Sequence record: PV400809.1
Strand: one strand, 5' to 3'
Length of the DNA: 64,000 nt
In this document: piece after piece, positions 54,632 to 63,199 of the stretch
Layout: each line of letters begins with the position of its first letter
How positions within the stretch are numbered: the first letter of the stretch is position 1
Made by a program: the position numbers and the translations under genes
Notes under the pieces: generated by a model
Told to the model about the DNA's origin: nothing
The model's database searches: none
What the model saw: the letters and a program-made list of their open reading frames with translations, nothing else

Positions 54632-57454
54632 ATGTTAGGACTGTTTTCAGTTAAGATCAAACAAACGGGAGACTACGTACACATTACGGGTGTGTCCTAT
54701 TACGATTTAGCCAAAGACATTGAGAAGTTCTACAGCACTTCTCTCTTAACGAAACATCAGATTCGACGCGAATCCTGGGACACCATTAAGGTGCATAACT
54801 TCTTCCTGGTAGAATTGCACCACATTGTGGGGGAACTCCTCAAAATACGGAACCTTCGTACCCGCAGACGAGCGTTGAGTGAACTGAAGGAACTCATTGA
54901 AACCGAGACCTGGATTAAAGATACGGTTAATCCGGGAGGTAAACCTTTTGATCTTAAGAAACTGAATCAATTTAATACGGTTCCTTTTCCTCAGCAGTTG
55001 GACTTCCTTCAGCAATACCCGATCATTGTGAACAGTTATCACTTGAAAGGGATGCTGCTGGATGCTAAACCAGGTTCAGGGAAAGCCATGCCACTCTCAA
55101 CTCGGGTTAAGGTCCCGAATGGGTGGAAAGCCTTGGGTGACCTAAAGGTCAAGGATATCGTAGTGACCCCTGGAGGCGATACCGCGTGTGTGGAGAGTAT
55201 TTACCCCCAGGGGATCACGGAAGTTTATCGCTTCTATTTCGAAGACGGTAGAACGGCTGACTCTCATCCGTATCATTTGTGGAAAACCACGGTGAATGGG
55301 ATCGATGAAATCTTAACCACGTTGGAAGTACTCCATAAAGCCCGTAAAGAGGATGTGTACTTCCCCTTAGTGGGTGAGATCAATGGATGCAACCCCCATT
55401 GCGATACGTCTTCTGAAGTCGCTGCAAGGGAGCTGGTCAATACCGACGTTGTAATAGGGGACAACGTATTGGAGCTCCCGTATCGGGATCGCTTTAATAT
55501 AGTCACATCGGTGATTGAACACGTGGGGTGTTTAATCAGTGAATCCGTCTTATCCGCGTATCACGAGAACCGGATTGGGATGGAGAACTTCCGTCGGTTG
55601 ATGTGGTCCATTGGAGGAACAGCTACGGAGCCGGTGTTGGTTAACGGTTTGTATAAGGTTGACTTTAAGCACCGAGACGTCGGCAAGATGATGACTGGGT
55701 TAATTGGAGACAATCCCCGTATTCAAGGAATGTATAACTTCTCCCAGTATGAAGACCTGCAACTGAAGCTGGCGTACTGGGAGAAAGTGGAGAATCAAGA
55801 GACTTGCTGCATTGCCTTGGATAATGACGAGAAGCTGTATGTGGTGGATGACTACATCGTGACCCACAATACCTTTACGTCCTTGGCGTGGTCTCAATTG
55901 ATCAATACGGCTCCGACGGTTGTCTTTTGCCCTATGAACATTGTGGATAAAGTCTGGGTAGAACAACCCCTCCAGCACTTTAAGGTTCCACCCCGTATCT
56001 GGACCAGTATCAGCGGTAAGGTCTTAGAAGAAGGGTATGACTTCTACATCGTCCATTACGATTACATGACCAGTGGTATGGGGAAATACTTGGAGAACTT
56101 CCTCATTACGCTGAGTAAGAAGCATAAAGGCGCTTTGAAGATGATTCTGGATGAATCCCAGAACTTCAATGACCCTAAAGCAGCCCGTACACGGAAGTTG
56201 ATCGAATGGTGCGACATGGAACTGTTCGGGCATCACCTTCCGATGTCCGGGACCCCGCTAAAGGCTCAGGGGAGTGAGATCTTCCCAACGACCTGTATGA
56301 TCGATCCCTACTTCGATAAGAAGGCTCGGGAGTTCTTTATGGCGTCCTATGGTCGTAACCGTCCCTCGTTAATGGATTTACTGAGCCGACGTATCGGACG
56401 TATGAAGTTTACGATCCCTGAACTGGTGGGATTGGGTGATCCTCCTCCTATGGAACTGGTTAAGGTGAAGATCCCGAATTCAGATCAATACACCTTGGAT
56501 GCTATTCGCCTCCAAATGCAGATTTACATTGGAGAACGGATTGCGTTCTATACGAAGCATATGCCGAGCTTCCTGGAATTCTACAACGATGTTCTGACGT
56601 CGTATGAATTGTCTATCCAGGGGAATGCTAAAGCGGTTGAGAATCTGGTGAAGTACAAACAGATTGTTCACCGGTTCAGAACCCGGGGGTACAACAGTTT
56701 TACGGATAACCAAGACAGTCAGTTCTGTAAGCGGGTGGAAGAAGACATCGAGAAGGGCCTTAAAGGGACCGCCCTGAAGGATTTCAGGAACATTAAGTCC
56801 GCGGTTAAGTACTTGGGTCTAAAACTGCGTGGAGAGGCCTTAGGGAACGTTTTAGGACGAGCCCGTATTAACGCTATTAAGGACACCATTGCGCACGCAG
56901 GACTCCCTGAGCTCATCGATAACGTGGAGAAGAAGACCCTGATCTTTACCTCCTACGTGGATGCCCTTAAACTCTGTGAGGAATACCTCACGAAGGTCGG
57001 GTATCCGAATGTGACAGTATACGGTGAAAACAGCGCCGAACGAGACGCCAATATCAAACGCTTTGAGAAAGACCCCACTCTCCGTGCGTTGATTGCGATC
57101 TTTGATTCCCTGAAGGAAGGGTATCCCTTGATTATGGCGAACCTGACCATTCTGTTGAATGCGCCTTTCCGAGAGTATGAAGTGAAACAGGTCCAAGCCC
57201 GTACCTGGCGTACCGGTCAGGATGCTCCCTGTTACTTTAAACTCTTGGATATGGACACCGGGGATAAACTCAACATTATGACCCGCAGTATTAACATCAT
57301 GGAATGGTCTAAGGAACAAGTGGACATTCTCATGAGTAAAGAACAGGGTCATGAGTTGTTGGGTAATATCACCGGCCAAGAAATGTTTGATATGGGGGAT
57401 GAACCTGAAACCCATTCTCTGTATACCTCCCGGAGTGTTCTTTCACTCTTTTAA
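54632..57454 (+). CDS. SF2 (SNF2/DEAD-like) helicase with intein; 678 aa after splicing
   Basis: LDAKPGSGK[intein]TFT motif I, ILDESQN motif II, MSGTP motif III, KEGYPL and QVQARTWRTGQ motifs V and VI. Confidence 0.92.
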   Translation: MLGLFSVKIKQTGDYVHITGVSYYDLAKDIEKFYSTSLLTKHQIRRESWDTIKVHNFFLVELHHIVGELLKIRNLRTRRRALSELKELIETETWIKDTVNPGGKPFDLKKLNQFNTVPFPQQLDFLQQYPIIVNSYHLKGMLLDAKPGSGKAMPLSTRVKVPNGWKALGDLKVKDIVVTPGGDTACVESIYPQGITEVYRFYFEDGRTADSHPYHLWKTTVNGIDEILTTLEVLHKARKEDVYFPLVGEINGCNPHCDTSSEVAARELVNTDVVIGDNVLELPYRDRFNIVTSVIEHVGCLISESVLSAYHENRIGMENFRRLMWSIGGTATEPVLVNGLYKVDFKHRDVGKMMTGLIGDNPRIQGMYNFSQYEDLQLKLAYWEKVENQETCCIALDNDEKLYVVDDYIVTHNTFTSLAWSQLINTAPTVVFCPMNIVDKVWVEQPLQHFKVPPRIWTSISGKVLEEGYDFYIVHYDYMTSGMGKYLENFLITLSKKHKGALKMILDESQNFNDPKAARTRKLIEWCDMELFGHHLPMSGTPLKAQGSEIFPTTCMIDPYFDKKAREFFMASYGRNRPSLMDLLSRRIGRMKFTIPELVGLGDPPPMELVKVKIPNSDQYTLDAIRLQMQIYIGERIAFYTKHMPSFLEFYNDVLTSYELSIQGNAKAVENLVKYKQIVHRFRTRGYNSFTDNQDSQFCKRVEEDIEKGLKGTALKDFRNIKSAVKYLGLKLRGEALGNVLGRARINAIKDTIAHAGLPELIDNVEKKTLIFTSYVDALKLCEEYLTKVGYPNVTVYGENSAERDANIKRFEKDPTLRALIAIFDSLKEGYPLIMANLTILLNAPFREYEVKQVQARTWRTGQDAPCYFKLLDMDTGDKLNIMTRSINIMEWSKEQVDILMSKEQGHELLGNITGQEMFDMGDEPETHSLYTSRSVLSLF
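55085..55870 (+). mobile_element. Intein (262 aa, residues 152-413), Ala1, class 3 type, truncated/degenerate endonuclease
   Basis: AMPLSTRVKVPNGW...LKVKDIV...IYPQG...HPYHLW...ETCCIAL...YIVTHN followed by Thr. Confidence 0.92.
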
Positions 57455-57471
57455 CCCTTAAGGAACAGATA

Positions 57472-58527
57472 ATGAATCAGCAAGCTGATACGGTTGAATA
57501 CGAAGACGAACTGATGGACGGTGTTCCAGAAATGGAACATATTGAGCAAGTACTCGATGGTCTTTCGGATACGGTCATGGGAACTGAAGGAATGGACCTG
57601 ACCGCGAATCAGCGTTACCTTCAGTCCGTTCTCCATACCGCGGGTTACCTGACCCGTAATGAAGTGGCGGGGAATGAGGGGTTCCTGTCGTCGATTGGCG
57701 AAGGGATTAAGAAAGCCTGGGAATACATCAAGAACCTGTTCAAGTCGATCTTCGGAAGTCTTTTCAAGAAGAACGTTAAAGACAAACTAGATAAGGTAGA
57801 TGAATCCGCTAAGGCCGCTGAAAAGGCGATAGACGCCGTAGCGAATCCTAAGGTGACAACGACCAACGTAGGACCTGTTCTCCAAGAAGCCACCCAGATC
57901 GCCAACAAGATCGAGGACCAAAGCGCTAAGGAGACCGTAGTTAAGAAACTTGACGACATTAAAGCCCTTCCGGTGGAACACCAACCTGAACAGACCAAGA
58001 AGGTGATCGAGGAAGTCTTTGAGTCCAGAATCATTTACAGCAGTCTAATGCGTAACCAGGTCACCAAACTGGAAGCCGCGGTGGCTCGTTTGAATGAGCG
58101 TAAAGCGAAGTACCAGAAACTGGCAGATGAAGGTGAGGATTCTGGCGTAGCGGACGGCATGGTTATTGGTATCCAGCAATACGTGAATGGACTTATCGGC
58201 CTGCCTAAAGTGACAACGATCAAAGACCTCAATTCCGCTAAGGAATTTGTCCGCAAAATCGGTCGTTGTGAAGAAGCAATGTCCAACAGTTGGGTGAGCA
58301 TCTTTGAGACCCGCCGAGTACTGGAGAGCAAGATTGCCAAGGTGGAAGGTCAAATCAACCACTACAGTAACGACACCGATAAGGAAGCCCTCAATAAGCA
58401 ACTCGATGAGCTGAAAGGACTGCTGAGTGGGGTGGTCGAGGTGGATAAGATCACCGAGACGGTGGCAGCTACGATGATCGGCATCACCGAACTGGTCAGA
58501 TCGTCGTGTGTTACCAAAGTGAAGTAA
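57472..58527 (+). CDS. Internal head protein of the phiKZ paralog family (351 aa)
   Basis: Acidic propeptide with GTE/G and GNE/G sites followed by amphipathic FLSSIGEGIKKAWEYIKNLFKSIF. Confidence 0.75.
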   Translation: MNQQADTVEYEDELMDGVPEMEHIEQVLDGLSDTVMGTEGMDLTANQRYLQSVLHTAGYLTRNEVAGNEGFLSSIGEGIKKAWEYIKNLFKSIFGSLFKKNVKDKLDKVDESAKAAEKAIDAVANPKVTTTNVGPVLQEATQIANKIEDQSAKETVVKKLDDIKALPVEHQPEQTKKVIEEVFESRIIYSSLMRNQVTKLEAAVARLNERKAKYQKLADEGEDSGVADGMVIGIQQYVNGLIGLPKVTTIKDLNSAKEFVRKIGRCEEAMSNSWVSIFETRRVLESKIAKVEGQINHYSNDTDKEALNKQLDELKGLLSGVVEVDKITETVAATMIGITELVRSSCVTKVK

Positions 58528-58545
58528 ACAAAAATAAAGAGATTA

Positions 58546-58579
58546 ACCCCTACCCAGCCGAAAAGGGCTGGGTAGGGGT
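58546..58579. terminator. 14-bp hairpin between convergent genes
   Basis: ACCCCTACCCAGCC-GAAAAG-GGCTGGGTAGGGGT; minus-strand TCTTTATTTTT downstream. Confidence 0.75.
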
Positions 58580-58590
58580 ATACAACGCTT

Positions 58591-58791
58591 TTAATCGAAA
58601 GAGACCGGTTGGGGGATCAGGTCTTCTTTCTCAGGTCGAAAGGGTTCTGCGTAACCCACCGAGTTTTCACCGGGGAGGGTGAGTGTCCACAACATGGGCT
58701 CATCGTCGGGCCCTATCCCCGCAAACCCGATTTTGTTCTGCAAAGGAACACTGGGTTTCTTTTCCTTATCCGAGTTCTCGAAACGAGTCAT
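58591..58791 (-). CDS. Small hypothetical protein (66 aa)
   Basis: Start moved to ATG 58791 (SD GGGAGA, 1 nt after the Arc-gene stop). Confidence 0.65.
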   Translation of the reverse strand: MTRFENSDKEKKPSVPLQNKIGFAGIGPDDEPMLWTLTLPGENSVGYAEPFRPEKEDLIPQPVSFD

Positions 58792-58792
58792 A

Positions 58793-59140
58793 TCAAACAA
58801 TCTCCCATAACGAATAAATATCCTCTCCCTCACAGGTTTTTGCCCGGATCTTTAATCCAGTCGGTGTCGGTATCAATTCAGTCACCACACCTGGGAGCCC
58901 TTCAACCCGAACAGGGTCACCTACCGATGGAATAGTCCTTATTTGGGTTCCACCTGTGTTCCCACTGGCTATCGCAGCCTGTATGAGCATGATAAATTCA
59001 GCATTCATACTCCGCCCATTGGCCGTTGCGCGTTCGCTAACCTTATCGCGTAGCTCAACTGGCATCCATAATACAAACTTATCGGCCGTTCGACTGTTAC
59101 CTTTCAGAACACCTTTCATCGCTTTCTTGACTTGACTCAT
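58793..59140 (-). CDS. Arc-family ribbon-helix-helix regulator, AmrZ-like (115 aa)
   Basis: [43 protein letters not shown] matches the Arc/AmrZ pattern; start at ATG 59140 (SD AAAGGA). Confidence 0.85.
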   Translation of the reverse strand: [115 protein letters not shown]

Positions 59141-59200
59141 AGATAACATCCTTTGTGTTTATTCGGTCTTAAAAATAGGAAGGCAACCACGCCTTAATAT

Positions 59201-59225
59201 ACACAAAGGTAATATAGACCTGATT
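59201..59225 (-). promoter_or_regulatory. Early promoter motif upstream of the AmrZ-like gene
   Basis: Minus strand AATCAGGTCTATATTACCTTTGTGT with exact TATATTAC. Confidence 0.75.
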
Positions 59226-59483
59226 ACAACTAGAAGTTAATTACCCTTAGTTCCATTGACTTAGCCATGCGTTCGTCAAGTGTTCTTATAATCGGTGTCC
59301 TTACTCAGTAAGCGTTTGATGAGTAACCAGAATTTACGAAGACCCCTTACTTTTATTCTTTTGAACTGCACACGTTCCATCTTTATTTCCACAGGACCGT
59401 TGTTAGTGTCAGGCATTACTTTGCTCGTTGTGTTGAGTGAACTATAAAAATGGAAATGAAGCAAAAGATAAAATACTGATCAA

Positions 59484-59505
59484 CCCTCACCCCTAGGGGT
59501 GAGGG
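59484..59505. terminator. Perfect palindromic hairpin
   Basis: CCCTCACCCC-TA-GGGGTGAGGG. Confidence 0.65.
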
Positions 59506-59516
59506 CTAACCAATAC

Positions 59517-59945
59517 TCAGAACCGACTGCGTTCGATCTCTTCTGCCGACAAACCGTCGTAGAAGTGGTCGAGCGTGTACTGTTCGCCGACCTGCACGCC
59601 ATTTTCCCACGTCATCAAGATGCGTGCACGATGTGTGACGCCGACCCGGTTAGGTACATCACCCAGACCACCGAGTTCGGACAGCGCTTTACCCAAGACT
59701 TTGATGTCAGCCTTTTCGAATGGGTAAACAGTGATCTCCGCGATCGCGTACTGCATGGTCAACGGGAGGTCATCGAGGAACTCGGGAATTTCTTCCCCCT
59801 CGGCTTGCTCGACGATGGTCAGACCCAGTTGCTTGGCGCGCCAGTCCTGGGTTACAGCACGAACCCCAGCGACTTCAACGATTACCAGAGGGCCGAAGTT
59901 CATTTCGAAACCACCAGCGCCCTTACGGATAACATCTCTTTTCAT
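59517..59945 (-). CDS. Hypothetical early protein (142 aa)
   Basis: SD GGGGGA; GC-rich host-like codons. Confidence 0.75.
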   Translation of the reverse strand: MKRDVIRKGAGGFEMNFGPLVIVEVAGVRAVTQDWRAKQLGLTIVEQAEGEEIPEFLDDLPLTMQYAIAEITVYPFEKADIKVLGKALSELGGLGDVPNRVGVTHRARILMTWENGVQVGEQYTLDHFYDGLSAEEIERSRF

Positions 59946-60013
59946 AACGATCCCCCAGATAAGTTGGACTTGAGTGTCGTGATTACCACCGCGTAGACTG
60001 GTGTTTTGGTGAG

Positions 60014-60448
60014 CTATTGGGTGACGACTTCTTCAGCCAGGTCCACAGGTTCACCGAAGGCCGGTGCGGTTTCGTCGGTGTAGTCGAAGATGCGTACATG
60101 CATCAGTTGACCACCCGACAACGCCCACTCGGATTGCTCCTTGTTGTAGGCTTGGATCGCTTCTTCCAGCCCACCGTGTTGGTGGGTGAAGATGGTACCA
60201 CCGACCGACCAGCTGGAGAGGGTCACCGAACCATCGGCTTCCTTGTGCAGCGAGTTCAGGCAGAAGTAGGAACCATGGCACAGCAGCACCGGGGTAACCC
60301 TTTCGCCCTTCACCAGTGCGGCGATACCAGCAGCACGATAAGGTCCACGGCTACCACCGTGGGTGTCGATCACATAACCGTTGTTGGCTTTAACAGCTTC
60401 CAGGACGGCGTTGTAGTTGGCGATGGTGAAGTTCGATTGTTTAGCCAT
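60014..60448 (-). CDS. Hypothetical early protein (144 aa)
   Basis: SD GAGG; promoter motif 40 nt upstream. Confidence 0.8.
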   Translation of the reverse strand: MAKQSNFTIANYNAVLEAVKANNGYVIDTHGGSRGPYRAAGIAALVKGERVTPVLLCHGSYFCLNSLHKEADGSVTLSSWSVGGTIFTHQHGGLEEAIQAYNKEQSEWALSGGQLMHVRIFDYTDETAPAFGEPVDLAEEVVTQ

Positions 60449-60488
60449 GGTGTAAACCTCTAAAAAGGAATGAATGTTGTGTACCTAA

Positions 60489-60513
60489 TCACCCAAGTAA
60501 TATAGACTTGATT
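60489..60513 (-). promoter_or_regulatory. Early promoter motif
   Basis: Minus strand AATCAAGTCTATATTACTTGGGTGA. Confidence 0.8.
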
Positions 60514-60534
60514 ACCACTGGACGTTAAATGTCC

Positions 60535-60765
60535 TTAGATACACTGACTCAACGCAATGGTCTTGGTGTAAATTTCAATCCTGACATCCAACAGGAAGAG
60601 TTTAGCTTGTTCATACGCCAAGACCGTATCCGCTGAAGCGATCTCCTGAAGCGCGCGGTTCTGAATGACGTACAGTGCTTCGATTTCACGATGAAGCACT
60701 GAGAACTGACTCGAACACTTATTCTTCGAGTCCCGCCAGTCGAACATATCGATAACATTGCTCAT
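60535..60765 (-). CDS. Small hypothetical protein (76 aa)
   Basis: SD AGAGGT. Confidence 0.7.
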   Translation of the reverse strand: MSNVIDMFDWRDSKNKCSSQFSVLHREIEALYVIQNRALQEIASADTVLAYEQAKLFLLDVRIEIYTKTIALSQCI

Positions 60766-60802
60766 CTTACACCTCTGTGTGGGGGAAGGGGGTAAACACC
60801 AA

Positions 60803-60979
60803 TCACAGTTGGCGTTGAAGGCGATCTGCCATACGGCTTGCTTCGTAGCTCAGTTGACGGTAATGTTGCCGGTAAGACGGTTCTAGGGAACACATCGCCT
60901 GACGGGCATAACGACGAGCTTTTTGACGCAGGGTTTCAACACGCTGAGCTAACCCCTGTTTGGCCTGATGGGTATTCAT
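60803..60979 (-). CDS. Small basic helical protein (58 aa)
   Basis: Start moved to ATG 60979 (SD AAGGAG), downstream of the promoter motif. Confidence 0.7.
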   Translation of the reverse strand: MNTHQAKQGLAQRVETLRQKARRYARQAMCSLEPSYRQHYRQLSYEASRMADRLQRQL

Positions 60980-61020
60980 TGACAAGGCTCCTTGACCGTT
61001 AAACGGTCTCTGTCTGTGCT

Positions 61021-61045
61021 TCACCCTAATGATGTAGGTTTGAAA
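61021..61045 (-). promoter_or_regulatory. Early promoter motif variant
   Basis: Minus strand TTTCAAACCTACATCATTAGGGTGA. Confidence 0.65.
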
Positions 61046-61147
61046 AGAACCTCAAGTTAAATAACCAGGTAAGTGAAGAATATGGGTTTGGGTACTATTT
61101 TATTTACCAATTTTATGGTCTAATGACCGAACCCTCTATCTACTTCT

Positions 61148-61741
61148 GTGGACACGCCCATGGCCTTTCCAAACGATCTACTGTTTCTGGAACGGTTCAT
61201 CGCTTTTAATAAAGAACGTTATTCCGATGAACCGAACATTGTTAGCGTATTAGAGCAACTCACCCTGGACAACACTACCCTCTCTGACCTCAGGAAAGTT
61301 GAGGTAGAAGGCGGTGAATTTGCTCGGGTGGTCAATATCGATTCCGAAGGTAAACTGACCGGTAAGAACCAACGGTACCTCCCAGCGGATTATGTGAAGA
61401 ATAAGGTCTCCATGCTGGAGACCCCTGATCCGGTTGATTGGGACGTTTTACAAACCCAGGGAGTGGAAGGTATTTACCAAGTCAAACGAGACGAGGATAT
61501 CATTGAAGGCGCGGTATTGGTGTTCAAAGGGAGTCGTAACCCTGAACACATTAAAGCCCTAATCAAAACCAAATGCTACTACGACTTGACGGATGATGAA
61601 ATTACCCTCGACGGGGAGTTCACTCAGGCTACCATTGACTCCAACACCGTTACCGGTACCCTGGCTGTCGTAGAAAGCCATTACGATGCCATTCCTCGTT
61701 TTAACGGGCAATTCCGTTACGACGGCACCCTCACGTATTAA
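61148..61741 (+). CDS. Tail/baseplate-associated protein (about 193-197 aa)
   Basis: C-terminal RFNGQFRYDGTLTY aromatic-Gly repeat typical of tail-fibre-adjacent baseplate proteins; precedes fibre genes. Confidence 0.6.
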   Translation: MDTPMAFPNDLLFLERFIAFNKERYSDEPNIVSVLEQLTLDNTTLSDLRKVEVEGGEFARVVNIDSEGKLTGKNQRYLPADYVKNKVSMLETPDPVDWDVLQTQGVEGIYQVKRDEDIIEGAVLVFKGSRNPEHIKALIKTKCYYDLTDDEITLDGEFTQATIDSNTVTGTLAVVESHYDAIPRFNGQFRYDGTLTY

Positions 61742-61756
61742 ACAGGACTTATTCTC

Positions 61757-63199
61757 ATGGCTGACAATCCCGTGGTGATTAATGAACAACCGGGATGGGT
61801 TGAACCTTTGTTGGCTCTGATGCCGGATGACAAGGTTGAAGCCACCGAAGAAGGCACCGGCAATGCGAACAAGCAAGCGCGTGTGCTGGACGCTCGTACC
61901 CGTTATTTGAAAGAAGAAGTGAATACCCTGACCACCAAAGTCAATGCGGTAAGTAATGACCGGTTGCCGTTTAACCGCAATATCGTGGTGTACGGTGACA
62001 GCCGTGCTTACCAGTGCGTGAAAGGTAACGTTGGTCTGGCCTTCTGGACCAGTGCGAAGACCGAGGGGGTCGTAGCCTTCCCGGATGCCATGAACGCCGG
62101 TGTCGATGGGAATACTACCTCCCAACAAGCCCAACGTCTTCCCCAACTCCTGGCTTCCTTGGATAAGTTCGATGTGATTATCCATTTGGGTTCGGGGAAT
62201 GACCGTCTGCGTAACCAGACGTTCAATGAAACGATCAATAACCTCTCCGAGATTTACGCTACATTGCTGGCCAATGGTAAGACCGTCATTGCGATCGCTG
62301 AAACCCCGGTAGAACAAGCCGCTATTGGAATCAGTGATGAACAATTGGCTATTCATTACCAAGTGCACCAGTGGATGCTCTCTGAGCTGCCTAAACGGGG
62401 CGTTATCGTGGTTAACCCCTGGGATGACATGGTAGAACCGGGTAATGTCAATAAGCCGCTGGCAGGCATGCTGGGGGACGGTGTACACCCAAGTCCCAAA
62501 GGAGCCGAGATCATCGGTAACCATGTCGCCGCTGCGGTGAGCAAGCTGTTCAAGAATACCATTACCTTGCCAACCAGTTATATCCCGTTCAGCACGACAC
62601 CACCAGAGACCGCGCACTTCTTCGGGAGTATTAACCCTAACCCTTTGCTGACCGGTAACGATGGTGTTGCGGGGGATTCGGGAGGTGCTACTATTACCAC
62701 GGTTGAGATCGCCTCGAATACCGGTATTGGGGGTAATCAACTAACCGGTTTGACCATTGGTATCACCAAGGAAGCCAACCCTTCGGGGGGCGAATACCAG
62801 GTGATGTCCTTTACGGGCACGCCTACCGGTGATCAACCAACCCTGGGAATGGAACAGGATCTCTCTATTACAAACCTGACCGTAGGGATGAAACTGGTAG
62901 CTCAGGGTCGTTGGGCGATTCAAACCGATGCTGAAGCGGTCTTGCAAGTAGGGTTGGAACTGGAAGTAACCTACCAGAACGATCAAGTCCAAACTGTACG
63001 CTCGGGTCAGAACACTGAACTGAATTACCCCCTGCGTCAAGGGGATCTCTCGGGGATCTTCGATACCCAAATCCTTGAATTGGCCAGTGTACCTAAGACC
63101 TTGAAACTCCGGGTCGTGATTGTGTTGAAGAAAGGGGTCGCCCAAACGACCACCGTGCGGGTGGGTCAATTGAACACCCATCTTGTCTTTACCCCTTAA
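61757..63199 (+). CDS. Tail-associated SGNH/GDSL esterase (480 aa)
   Basis: Blocks VYGDS, GVDGN, GSGND and GDGVHP; N-terminal fibre anchor ANKQARVLDARTRYLKE. Confidence 0.85.
   Translation: MADNPVVINEQPGWVEPLLALMPDDKVEATEEGTGNANKQARVLDARTRYLKEEVNTLTTKVNAVSNDRLPFNRNIVVYGDSRAYQCVKGNVGLAFWTSAKTEGVVAFPDAMNAGVDGNTTSQQAQRLPQLLASLDKFDVIIHLGSGNDRLRNQTFNETINNLSEIYATLLANGKTVIAIAETPVEQAAIGISDEQLAIHYQVHQWMLSELPKRGVIVVNPWDDMVEPGNVNKPLAGMLGDGVHPSPKGAEIIGNHVAAAVSKLFKNTITLPTSYIPFSTTPPETAHFFGSINPNPLLTGNDGVAGDSGGATITTVEIASNTGIGGNQLTGLTIGITKEANPSGGEYQVMSFTGTPTGDQPTLGMEQDLSITNLTVGMKLVAQGRWAIQTDAEAVLQVGLELEVTYQNDQVQTVRSGQNTELNYPLRQGDLSGIFDTQILELASVPKTLKLRVVIVLKKGVAQTTTVRVGQLNTHLVFTP

Noticed and set aside
59276-59464. 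62-aa ORF with a basic amphipathic segment (RGLRKFWLLIKRLLSK)
   Set aside because: No convincing SD at any start, and it lies just downstream of a terminator hairpin; it could be real but is unsupported
7247-61084. Isolated TATG late-promoter candidates (7247, 7295, 31753, 61081)
   Set aside because: A 4-mer occurs every ~256 nt by chance, so these cannot be called without TSS data
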